Of a DNA stretch of 64,000 bases, positions 54,044 to 64,000 are shown one piece after another (the stretch's first letter is position 1; every line of letters starts with the position of its first letter). The DNA comes from Candidatus Poribacteria bacterium (GTDB lineage Bacteria; Poribacteria; WGA-4E; WGA-3G). The DNA is taken from assembly GCA_963663765.2 (NCBI GenBank), contig CAXXUA010000005.1:1408001-1472000 (forward strand), given 5' to 3'. The translations under genes were made by a program, and so were the position numbers. Under the pieces are notes generated by a model, which was not told the origin of the DNA, did not search any database, and worked only from the letters and a program-made list of their open reading frames with translations.

Positions 54044-54403
54044 ATTGTCTCAACCCTTCGGTAAAGTAGTTAATACATCCTACCACAAATTCAGAATTTA
54101 TTCCATTTGGGCTGAACCTGAGGTGTGTAATATCTTGCACAAAATTTCTCAATATCTATTGTAGGTCAAGGTCACTGGTTTTACGCGTCATGATATGTAA
54201 CACGAAACAAGGACGGACACTAAATTATTTAACTTGTTTTTTTTATTTTAATATCGTATAATTCCATATTAAGTTTAACATATATATATTATGTTAATAA
54301 CATATATAGTTTCTTAATATGTAATAAATTAATGTGGTTTCAAAAAAACGAAAATAACCCAACAAAACATAACACATCAATCCAATAGATAAGGAATAAT
54401 CGC

Positions 54404-56893
54404 ATGAAATACAATAGAAAATACATTCACATTCCCTTCATTTTGGTCCTGCTATTTTTCTGCACATGGACTCCGCAGCAAACCTTTTCCGAACAAACCA
54501 AAATACAGATAAATGATGTCTTAGTCAAAAAAGCAAAAGCATCTACAGTCCGAAGAAAATACATTCACATTCCCTTCATTTTGGTCCTGCTATTTTTCTG
54601 CACATGGACTCCGCAGCAAACCTTTTCCGAACAAACCAAAATACAGATAAATGATGTCTTAGTCAAAAAAGCAAAAGCATCTACAGTCCGAATTATTGCT
54701 GGAATTACTGCTGGTGATTTAAGGTCAATCTGGTCTGGCACTGGGTTTTTCGTCAGTCCTGACAAGATTGTGACAAATCTCCATGTCATCATAGAACCAG
54801 GGTCGATTTTCGCAAAACAGGACGATAATGATACAATCTGGGTAATTGAAGGCGTTTCCGCCTATGATATGAAACACGACCTTGCTATCCTAAAAGTTAC
54901 GAGAGAAGGAATTCCACTTCCACTGGGAGATAGCGATACTATAAAAACTGATGACCCCGTTTACGCTTCCATGTATCCCAGTGGGAAACAATATACGATA
55001 ACAGCCGGTATTATACACAAATCAGAAAAAGAATTCCTTGTGACATCAGCAGAGAGTTTTAAAGGCAGCAGCGGTTGTCCCATGCTAAATGACGCAGCTG
55101 AAGTCATCGGAGTTAATTTCGGCGTAAGAGGCAATCACACTCTCGCCATCCCTTCAAACATTCTCAAAACATTACTCTCTCAGGAAAAAGAAACAGTGCC
55201 ATTAGTCCAATGGTACAAACAAGACGATATCCGTGCTTATGTCATTTTCCAACGGGCTCATGATAAATATGAAACAAATGACTACGAAGGTTCAATCAAA
55301 GATTTTACTGAATTGATAGAGTTTAATCCCAACTTCTTGAGTGCATACTATTTACGAGGAGACTTATACTCCTATCAAGCAGAAATTGAAGCACAACAGG
55401 GAAGAATGGAAAAAGCACATAAACATTTTCAGGATTCCATAGCAGACTATACTGCCGCAATTGAATTAGACCCAAAAGAAGATACTGCATATAGATTTCG
55501 TGGACTTGTCCATACACATTACGGTGAAGCTGAAGCTGAAATACACAACTACAATGCAGCTCAAATACTATATAAAACAGCAATAATTGATTACAATCAA
55601 GCTATAACCTTAGACCCAGAAGACGATGAAAACTATGCTGGACGTGGTAGGACAAAATACCTATTTGCGCAATCCCATGTTGAAGAAAAGAACTTGAACA
55701 CTGCACAAAAACTTTACGAAGAAGCAATTGACGATATAAATGAAGCTATAAGACGAGATCCAAGAGATGTTAAGAACTACAAAAAACGCGGCTGGGCAAA
55801 ATACCTACTCGGAAAACTCCATACTTCACAAGGCAACGATGCCGATGCAAAGAAAAACTACCAAGCAGCAATAATTGATGCTGACAAAGCAATTGAATTA
55901 AACGCCGAAGTAGCATACATCTATCATACGCGTGGAGCAGCAAAGGCTGCACTCAGTGACTATCATGGTGCCATTGAAGATTTTGATGCTGCACTAAATA
56001 TAAAACCTGATGATCAAGACTTTTATACTGACCGTGCCAAAGCAAAAGAAGCACTCGGAAAACTTGATGAGGCAAAAGCAGATTTCACAAAAGCCAAGCA
56101 GGCTATAGGTCAAGGTGTAACCTCTACTAAAGAGATAAACAAAGCAGCAAAAGAGATGGTACGCATACCCGCAGGTGAGTTCCAGATGGGAAGCAACAAA
56201 GTAAACGACGCATCACCCGAACATAAAGTTTATCTTGACGAGTTCCTTATCGATGCTTATGAAGTGACTAATGCTCAGTTCAAAATGTTCATTGACGCGA
56301 ACCCCGATTGGAGTAAAAATAACATTCCGCGCAAATATCATAATGGACGTTATCTAAGGTTCTGGGATGGTGATAACTATCCTAAAGGAAAAGAGAACCA
56401 TCCGGTTGTATATGTGAGTTGGTATGCAGCGATGGCTTATGCAAATTGGGTAGGGAAAAGGTTACCAACGGAAGCAGAATGGGAAAAGGCTGCTCGCGGT
56501 GGCAAAATAGGTCAACGGTATGTGTGGGGTAAACATCGCGATCCCAGCAAAGCAAATTATGGGTATTTTGACACAAATACCTTACCCGTTGGAACTTATC
56601 TACCAAATGATTACGGTCTATATGACATGGGCGGCAATGTTTGGGAATTATGCTTGGATCAATACGACAGAAAGTTCTATAGTCAATCTCCAAAAAAGAA
56701 CCCTATTGCTGGGGATCCCAGTATGCAAGAATTAATGGAAAATTACCTGACGATTCGTGCTCCCCGAGTATCCCGTGGGGGGTCGTGGAACACACCAGGT
56801 CCAGCAAAAACCGCAGACCGTGAAAGCAATAGACCACATAATACCAATGGCTGGCAGGGGTTCCGATGTGCTAAAAGCATTCCCACAGAGTAG
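54404..56893 (+). CDS. Trypsin-like serine protease + TPR + formylglycine-generating-enzyme (SUMF1) domain protein
   Basis: TNLHV/DLA/GSSG triad; TPRs; RLPTEAEWEKAARG, GLYDMGGNVWE, GFRC. Confidence 0.9.
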   Translation: MKYNRKYIHIPFILVLLFFCTWTPQQTFSEQTKIQINDVLVKKAKASTVRRKYIHIPFILVLLFFCTWTPQQTFSEQTKIQINDVLVKKAKASTVRIIAGITAGDLRSIWSGTGFFVSPDKIVTNLHVIIEPGSIFAKQDDNDTIWVIEGVSAYDMKHDLAILKVTREGIPLPLGDSDTIKTDDPVYASMYPSGKQYTITAGIIHKSEKEFLVTSAESFKGSSGCPMLNDAAEVIGVNFGVRGNHTLAIPSNILKTLLSQEKETVPLVQWYKQDDIRAYVIFQRAHDKYETNDYEGSIKDFTELIEFNPNFLSAYYLRGDLYSYQAEIEAQQGRMEKAHKHFQDSIADYTAAIELDPKEDTAYRFRGLVHTHYGEAEAEIHNYNAAQILYKTAIIDYNQAITLDPEDDENYAGRGRTKYLFAQSHVEEKNLNTAQKLYEEAIDDINEAIRRDPRDVKNYKKRGWAKYLLGKLHTSQGNDADAKKNYQAAIIDADKAIELNAEVAYIYHTRGAAKAALSDYHGAIEDFDAALNIKPDDQDFYTDRAKAKEALGKLDEAKADFTKAKQAIGQGVTSTKEINKAAKEMVRIPAGEFQMGSNKVNDASPEHKVYLDEFLIDAYEVTNAQFKMFIDANPDWSKNNIPRKYHNGRYLRFWDGDNYPKGKENHPVVYVSWYAAMAYANWVGKRLPTEAEWEKAARGGKIGQRYVWGKHRDPSKANYGYFDTNTLPVGTYLPNDYGLYDMGGNVWELCLDQYDRKFYSQSPKKNPIAGDPSMQELMENYLTIRAPRVSRGGSWNTPGPAKTADRESNRPHNTNGWQGFRCAKSIPTE
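54416..54691 (+). repeat. Exact 138-bp in-frame tandem duplication
   Basis: 54416-54553 = 54554-54691; duplicates the signal peptide. Confidence 0.9.
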
Positions 56894-56945
56894 CGTGTCT
56901 GATCAGCTACCTTCCCAATAATGAAGCATCACATTAAGGGAAAAA

Positions 56946-57050
56946 ATGAGATATTTTGAAACACGAGATCCAGTTTATCCGGAAGACAGTTATGCTGTTC
57001 CACGAACTGATGAACTCGCAGATTTCATTTATCGTATAGAAAAAGGTAGT
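56946..57050 (+). pseudogene. N-terminal remnant of an AAA-type ATPase gene
   Basis: MRYFETRDPVYPEDSYAVPRTDELADFIYRIEKG, cut before Walker A. Confidence 0.45.
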
Positions 57051-57063
57051 TATCAAACGCTAA

Positions 57064-57417
57064 GCGACAAGTCGGACATTCGGTTCTCTTGTGCTTCTCT
57101 TTTTTTTAGATATGGGCAAAATCCGAACGATGCTGGTATTCGGTAAATCCTTACGGGCGTGTGAGATACTCAGGATTTGGTCTCAACACTACGGGATAGA
57201 ACAATTTTGGCGACACCTAAAAATAGATTTGAAACTATCAAAAATAGGATTACGGAATCAGCAAGGGGCGTATGCCAGATTAGGTATAAAAGTGTTGAGC
57301 TATCTCCTATTACAAAATATGAGTCGTTTGCAACACAAAACATTTCATCAAATACAACTTGAACTTACAGAAAAAAGAAAGTTGTTGATAGAACTAAAAA
57401 AGCATTTTCATGAATAA
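57064..57417 (+). pseudogene. DDE transposase C-terminal fragment
   Basis: WSQHYGIEQFWRHLK catalytic-Glu helix. Confidence 0.65.
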
Positions 57418-57581
57418 ATACCAACTAAACACTGATAAACATTGAAATCTCAAGAACTTTGAGAAATATCAGATATCTATTTATTAATCTTCATTTAGTT
57501 TGTGACCTATGCAGCTTTATTTTTAACTAACGGAAATATGACAAATATTTGGTGAATTGTTGAAATAATTATACACTTCTA

Positions 57582-58830
57582 GTAGATAGTCCATACTAAA
57601 AGTTTGTATTTATTTTTTTGTTTCTTAGTATCTTGACAAACAAGAGTTTTTCTCTTATAGTATAGCAAAACTTAAGGAGGAACACAACCTTGACTAAGAA
57701 ATATGTTGTAAAACTCACTGATTCGGAGCGGCAGGAGTTGTTAGATTGTATAAACACAGGTAAAAAAGAGGCGTATAAGATAAGGAATGCTCATATTTTG
57801 CTGAAATCAGATGTCAATGGTCCCGGTTGGACTGATGGGAAAATAGCTGAAGCGTATGAGTGCACTGATAGGACAGTCGCGAAAGTGCGTAAGCGTTTTG
57901 CTGTAGGTGGTTTTTCTCGTGTCTTATTTCGTGCTAAGCGAGAGCATCCTCCCACACCTCGTAAACTTGATGGTGAAGCTGAAGCACGCTTGATAGCACT
58001 GAGTTGTAGCGAACCTCCCGAAGGTGCTGCTAAATGGACTTTACGCCTACTTGCGTCAGAATTGGTAAGACTTGAAATCGTGGAAAGCATTTCTCCAGAA
58101 ACGGTAAGACAGACACTAAAAAAAACGCTTTGAAGCCGCACCTTCAGCAACAGTGGGTGATTCCCCCTGAAAAAGATGCTGAGTTTGTAAAGTCGATGGA
58201 AGAAGTGCTTGATCTTTACCAGAAACCTTTAGATACAGAAATACCTGTTGTGAACATGGACGAACAATCTGTCACGCTTAGGGATGATGTTCGGGATCCG
58301 CATCCTGTGAAACCGGGGCAAGTCAAGCGTGTAGATAATGAGTATAAACGCAAAGGCACGGCAAATATCTTCCTATTCACAGAAGCATTATCGGGATGGA
58401 GGCGTGTGTCTGTTCGGACGCGCAGAAAGGCAGAGGATTGGGCAGAAGAAGTAAAAATACTATTGGATCAGGACTACTCATCAGCAAAAAGTGTGATTTT
58501 AGTTTGTGACAACCTGAATATACACAAACTTTCGACGCTCAATAAAGTGTTTGGAGATGAGGAAGCAAATAGGTTGCGTAAGCGTTTAGAAATCGTGCAT
58601 ACGCCAGTACATGGAAGTTGGTTGAATATAGCGGAAATAGAACTGAGTGTCCTTACGCGTCAATGTTTGTGTCGGCGTATCCCAGATATAGAGACACTCC
58701 ATAGAGAGACACAAGCCTGGCAAAAACGGCGAAATGCAGAGCAAAAGCAGGTAAACTGGCAATTTACAACGGACGATGCACGCGTACGATTAAAACATCT
58801 ATACCCGAACAATTAGAATGGACTATCTAC
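57582..58830 (+). mobile_element. IS630-family insertion sequence
   Basis: TIRs GTAGATAGTCCAT/ATGGACTATCTAC, TA duplication in CTAG; two ORFs; TTGACA-17-TATAGT promoter. Confidence 0.92.
57690..58816 (+). CDS. IS630 transposase (ORF A HTH 57690-58133 + ORF B DDE 58130-58816, probable -1 frameshift)
   Basis: KWTLRLLA..ETVRQTLKK; MDE, CDNLNIH, SWLNIAEIE; A8 run near 58119-58126. Confidence 0.9.
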
Positions 58831-58832
58831 TA

Positions 58833-59941
58833 GAGACAGAAACGGAAGCGCTTCGAAGTAAGCTTGGAGAATCTTATCCTTCAGGTGTCCCACCGACAAC
58901 CAATTCGCGTATATCCTACATACAAAGTGTAACGATTGGACATGAAATCGGACATGGTGTCGGACTTTTCCATCCGTTTGATCCTATCTCAAGCACTAAG
59001 AGACCTGCTATCACTCGTCCACGCTATCATGATCGTCTTAGATATAATTCCGTTTTATGCCAGTATGAGACAGGGCGTATTGATCGCGCACCATCAGAAC
59101 GGCATAGTTATCCACGGTGTCAACAAGGTTTTTCTACTTGGGATTCTGGTACCACAATCATGGATTACGGTTCAGAAACAGCGATAATCGGTTATATTGG
59201 CAGTTCCAATAATCGTTATTCAGGATCATCTGCAGCATACTTAGTGATATTTCTGCAATCTACCACATATCTTAGCAGTATTCATGATGTTGAATATATG
59301 TTTGTGAGTCCAAGCGTTGCAGCAGCACATCTTGCGAAACCGCTACCGAATCCGCGTCGTAAAACTAAACCACAGTGGACATCATCATCAACAGATGACA
59401 CAGGAACAGATACTCAAGGCACAAACACCACACCGCCAGATCAACCGTATGGTTTGTCTTATTCAATTGTAGATGGTCAATTCCGTCTTTTATGGTCCGA
59501 TGATGGCGGTACGGTTACCAGTTTCGAATATCAGTATCGTGAAAATGGTGGAAGTTGGAGTTCGTGGTTATCCGCGGGGTCAAGCACATTTATTGATCTA
59601 CTGAATTTAGTAAACGGAACGACTTATCAGTTTCAGGTACGTGCAATGAATGGTACACTTGTAATTGCTATATCTGATACTTTTGAAGTGAGAGTGCCGA
59701 CAGTGCCAGATGCACCGACAATTACGCGAGTCGACTCAGGCGATGGTCAGGTGAATATAAACTGGACAACTCCAAGTAATAATGGTGGTTCTGACATTAC
59801 TGATTACGAATACCAATATCGTGAGAGCAATGGTGGCACTTGGGAAGCTTGGACATCGTTTGGAGACCTTTTCACCAGCACAAGTGAAGATATTGCGGGT
59901 TAACGAATGGTACTGCGTATGAGTTCAGGTGCGCGCTGTCA
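58833..59941 (+). pseudogene. Truncated Zn-metalloprotease (HEXXH) + FN3 gene
   Basis: HEIGHGVGLFH; FN3 repeats; ORF start lies inside the IS end; frameshifts after 59895. Confidence 0.7.
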
Positions 59942-60286
59942 ATAGCGTGGGGAGAATGCTACACAGCAAAACGCTTGCCCACTGTACGTATTAATGTTAA
60001 AATTAGTGATGATGTGTTATTGAAGGATGAGTCTCTCACAATGGCAAACTGAGTAACTATGTCTATCAGTTAGTCGGTGGGATTCGTTCTGCTATCGAAA
60101 ATTGTGGCACGCCTGATATTGAGTCGTTACGTAGAGATGTCCAATTTGTCCGCATGTCAGGCAGTGGTTATTGAGAAAGTCATCCGCACGATATTGATAT
60201 TACTGAGGAAGCACCGAACTATACAGTTGCGAAGCTGAACACATAAACTGCTATGACTCAACAACTCAAACAATAGGAGAACTACA

Positions 60287-61198
60287 ATTAAACTTCGGAT
60301 TGAACACTTTACTTATTTACTCATACTCGCTGTTTTTTTCTTGGCAGGCTGCAGTGGCTGTGGTGTGAAAAACGCAAAGCATCACGGTGTTGATACAACA
60401 ACAAAGGACCCATTGTTAGGGGATGCTGGAGAAATACCTTTGTCCGCATCACAAACCAAACTTGTTGAACCTCGAACGCCAGACAGTTATCAGGGTGACC
60501 CATACTTTTATAGTCACAACATAATATATGACGAGTGGCTCAGCACAAATGGACACGATGGGCAATATTCTCTCCCGATACTTCCAAATCATATACAACA
60601 GCAAATTCATGATATAAATGTTTGGACTGATGAAGATGGTCAGCTGCGGACGAAAGCGGGACCTATAACAAAAGAAGAACATATACGTTTGGAGCTTGAC
60701 ATCATAGATCGAGTTTTTACGACAGATTTAGATATGGCAAAATATCTTTTCGTTGTTGATTTGTATGACAGAAAATATGTGCAGGAATATGTTCAGAAGG
60801 CACTTGACAAAAATCCGAATGACTATAATACACTTTATGTGTGGACAGAAGCACAAACAGACCCCGATAAGATCGTGGAAGGGTGTCGCAAGTTGTTGGC
60901 ACAAAACCCGAATTCTGCACATGTGCTGTGGCGCATAGGGGTAACACTTGTGTATGATGGGAAACATCAAAACGAAATTGAAGAAGGCATCGGACACCTT
61001 AAAAGGTCAGCAGCAATAACCCCTGTTCTATATAAAGGTGCCGCTTTTATCTATTTAGGGGAGGCGTATCTAAAACTCAAGGATACACTCAAAGCATTGG
61101 AAGCCTACAAGCGTGCCAAAAACATTTACCATACATCGTCTCGTCAACATATTATAGACAGCATAGAGAACAGAATTGAGAAAGGAGAACAGCCATGA
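60287..61198 (+). CDS. TPR lipoprotein (start codon reads ATT)
   Basis: AGGAG at 60275, in-frame ATT-KLRIEHFTYLLILAVFFLAG-C lipobox; C-terminal TPR helices. Confidence 0.7.
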   Translation: MKLRIEHFTYLLILAVFFLAGCSGCGVKNAKHHGVDTTTKDPLLGDAGEIPLSASQTKLVEPRTPDSYQGDPYFYSHNIIYDEWLSTNGHDGQYSLPILPNHIQQQIHDINVWTDEDGQLRTKAGPITKEEHIRLELDIIDRVFTTDLDMAKYLFVVDLYDRKYVQEYVQKALDKNPNDYNTLYVWTEAQTDPDKIVEGCRKLLAQNPNSAHVLWRIGVTLVYDGKHQNEIEEGIGHLKRSAAITPVLYKGAAFIYLGEAYLKLKDTLKALEAYKRAKNIYHTSSRQHIIDSIENRIEKGEQP

Positions 61199-63464
61199 AA
61201 CGAGCATTTTTTATTTCTGTTTATTTTTTCATTTTTTTCAGTTATGTGTCGGCAGACGCACAGAATGCAACTATCACATTAGAATCGGATTCGACGTGGA
61301 TACCGGAATATGGCAACGTTTGTAAAATCAAGGTTAGGATAAACGGCAATACCCCGAATACACATATCACTTTCCAGTTAGAATCATCAAGCTGGCCCGG
61401 CACCAGTATGAACTCTGGTGACAAAACGAACATTTCTGATGACCTCAAATTTCTTCATGCGGAGAACACCGTCACGCAAGGCGAAAAAACCGGACCCAAT
61501 GATGGTGAAGACAATCCTATGTTGGTGGTTACGCCTCTGGGCAGTCCGATCCGAATGATAATTTGAAACGGATACAAGGTCCCGCTCGTACAAATTATGT
61601 ATACATTTATAGCAAACATATTAAAGATTGGCTTGACCAAAGGAATCGATCCAATCAGTATAACGAAGCTGTTAGATTGAGTATCGGACATGAAGTTGCA
61701 CACTGCCTCTCACTTCCGCACGTTATCAGTAGTTCATCCGTAACAAATGAAGTGAGGTTCAGATATAATGAGGGTGGCAGTGGTGGCGGCACCCTTGTCA
61801 TAAAAACCCACGCGTCTGGTGGCGAAAAAAGTCTGATGCGGAGTAACATTTTACATCAACTCGGCTCGAATCCAGGTTTTCCTGCGTTTCACCATTATCA
61901 GTATATGATGATACCGAGCAATCTTGAACCAAATGATATACGTCCGCGTGCTTCCAGCATATTACCTGATTTCAATATAATTTTTGATGAGAGCAATACT
62001 CCTGGTTATCAAAATCAATAAGGGAGCAAACCACAAAGCACTAATCCAAGCAATGGAGGCACAGACACCGTACCGTCAGACCAACCGTATGGTTTGTCTT
62101 ATTCAATTGTAGATGGTCAATTCCGTCTTTTATGGTCCGATGGTGGCGGTACGGTTACCAGTTTCGAATATCAGTATCGTGAAAATGGTGGAAGTTGGAG
62201 TTCGTGGTTATCCGCGGGGTCAAGCACATTTATTGATCTACTGAATTTAGTAAACGGAACGACTTATCAGTTTCAGGTACATGCAATGAATGGTACACTT
62301 GTAATTGCTATATCTGATACTTTTGAAGTGAGAGTGCCGACAGTGCCAGATGCACCGACAATTACGCGGGTTGACTCAGGTGATGGTCAGGTAAATATAA
62401 ACTGGACAGCTCCAAGTAATAATGGTGGTTCTGACATTACTGATTACGAATACCAATATCGTGAGAGCAATGGTGGCAACTGGGAAACTTGGACTTCGTT
62501 TGGAGGCAGTTTCACCCACACAAGTGAAGATATTGCGGGGTTAACGAATGGTACGGCGTATGAGTTCCAGGTGCGTGCTGTGAATGCTATTGGAGAAGGT
62601 GCAGAATCAAATACTTTCTCAGCAACACCTGTACAACCGATCATAATATCACCACCGCCGCAACCTTTTTGGAGTGATATTCCGGATCCGTATACGCTCA
62701 CCGTTGGTGATAGTTTCAGTTTAGATTTGAATAGTTATGTGACAGGTAGACCGACGATAACCAGAAATGGAGGTAAGCAACCTGCTGGATTATCCTTTAG
62801 TAATGGTGTATTGAGTGGGACGGTGTCAAGTGTTGAGAGTAGAGGTATACGTTTCCTTGCAACCAATCTTGGGGGTTCCGAAAATAGCGAATGGATTGAA
62901 ATTTCTGTTTCAGCTGATCCACCACCTCCGGCCCCTGTTTGGAGTGATATACCGGATCCGTATACGCTCACCGTTGGTGATAGTTTTAGCTTAGACTTGA
63001 ATAGTTATGTGACAGGTAGTCCGACAATAACCAGAAATGGAGGTAAGCAACCTGCTGGATTATCCTTTAGCAATGGTGTATTGAGTGGGACGGTGTCAAG
63101 TGTTGAGAGTAGAGGTATACGTATCCTTGCTACCAATCTTGGGGGTTCCGAAAATAGCGAATGGATCGAGTTTAACATAGTAGCAGTTCCGTTGACAATG
63201 ATAGTCCCTATATGGAGTGATATACCGGATCCGTATACGCTCACCGTTGGTGATAGTTTTAGTTTGGATTTAAATAGTTATGTGACAGGAATTCCAATAA
63301 TAACCAAAACAGGTGGTCTTATACCTGCAGGATTGTCCTTTAGTAATGGCATTTTGAGTGGCACAGTGACAACGGCTGAGACTCGTGGTATACGATTTAC
63401 AGCAACCAATGCTGCAGGTGTCACTCTAAGTGAATGGGTAAATTTCACCATTCAGTCCGATTAA
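61195..63464 (+). pseudogene. Fragmented secreted metalloprotease-FN3-Ig-like repeat protein
   Basis: Signal peptide ORF 61195-61566; HEVAHCLSLPH; in-frame TAA at 62019; 2 FN3 + 3 WSDIPDPYTLTVGDSFSLDL repeats. Confidence 0.7.
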
Positions 63465-63635
63465 CGATTTGACATTCTTATTGTGGTTTCACTATGGCGG
63501 CACAATCACCCTTTAGTTTGGATTTGAATGATTATTTGGTAAATGATACAATACCAAGAATACCTTATAGAATTGATATAAACATCCCTGTTTTGATGTT
63601 AGCGTATTTAGTCTAATCGTGAGGTTAATGTTATA

Positions 63636-63932
63636 ATGTACTTAGCAAAAGTAATTGGCAAAGTTGTTTCTGTAATAAAGCATCCTGCGTATCAAAATCG
63701 AACTTTACTGTATGTGCAACCGTTGAGTCTCAGATCAGAATTGGTTCGCACCCCTACAATTGCCGTTGATTATGTTGGGGCAGGTGAGGGGGATACGGTG
63801 ATAGTGGGGGCTGGCCCGGGTGTTGCACAAGAGGTATTTGGGATAGAATACGCACCGATCCGTGAACTTGTCATGGGGATTGTTGACCATTTTGACGTGG
63901 CGTTTTTGGAGGAAACAAAATGGGAAGAATAA
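63636..63932 (+). CDS. EutN/CcmL bacterial microcompartment vertex protein
   Basis: MYLAKVIGKVVS..KH..AVDYVGAGEGDTV..GIVD. Confidence 0.9.
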   Translation: MYLAKVIGKVVSVIKHPAYQNRTLLYVQPLSLRSELVRTPTIAVDYVGAGEGDTVIVGAGPGVAQEVFGIEYAPIRELVMGIVDHFDVAFLEETKWEE

Positions 63933-64000
63933 ATAAGAAAAACCTTTACTTTAGTATATGTTTATTTATTTTCTGTTTGAATCTTAGTGCTTGCCGTCTT

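Noticed and set aside
54272-54299. dif/Xer site
   Set aside because: TTATGTTAA resembles a XerD arm, but the spacing and left arm do not fit 11-6-11; more likely an AT-rich promoter palindrome.
54404-56893. Diversity-generating retroelement target (FGE/CLec fold)
   Set aside because: No reverse transcriptase and no template repeat with adenine-specific differences in the window.
58818-58832. ATG start of the 361-aa ORF
   Set aside because: It lies inside the IS630 right TIR; the real N-terminus is missing.

Overview
Bacterial chromosomal window, most consistent with Candidatus Poribacteria. This is an inference from several Cys-type sulfatases, secreted LamG and TolB-like proteins ending in a shared V-x-P-x-x-K-x-x-x-T-W-G-x-I-K tail, FRG-TPR and trypsin-TPR-FGE fusions, a EutN microcompartment vertex gene and LPS genes. 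Housekeeping genes (asd, mtnK, DnaJ-class chaperone, aminotransferases, trxA, waaA, lpxK, lpxB, argC, argF, cymR-cysK-cysH-ThiS/CysO) alternate with accessory genes. The most striking signal is an Rpn/YhgA-like PD-(D/E)XK nuclease (10780-11694) with an in-frame internal GGAGG-ATG start. It is followed by three stand-alone, sequence-variable copies of exactly that C-terminal 78-aa module, a candidate antitoxin or cassette array. Intergenic regions carry many nested MITE families with GTAG-type REP hairpins. One IS231-like MITE makes 19-20 bp duplications, and a REP satellite of about 25 copies is CRISPR-like in appearance but is not CRISPR. Also present: an intact IS630, a degenerate primase/helicase-like giant ORF, a HEPN-like/MazF cassette between 36-bp direct repeats, and decaying metalloprotease-FN3 genes. 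No rRNA, tRNA or CRISPR-Cas was recognised. All calls are by eye, without database searches.
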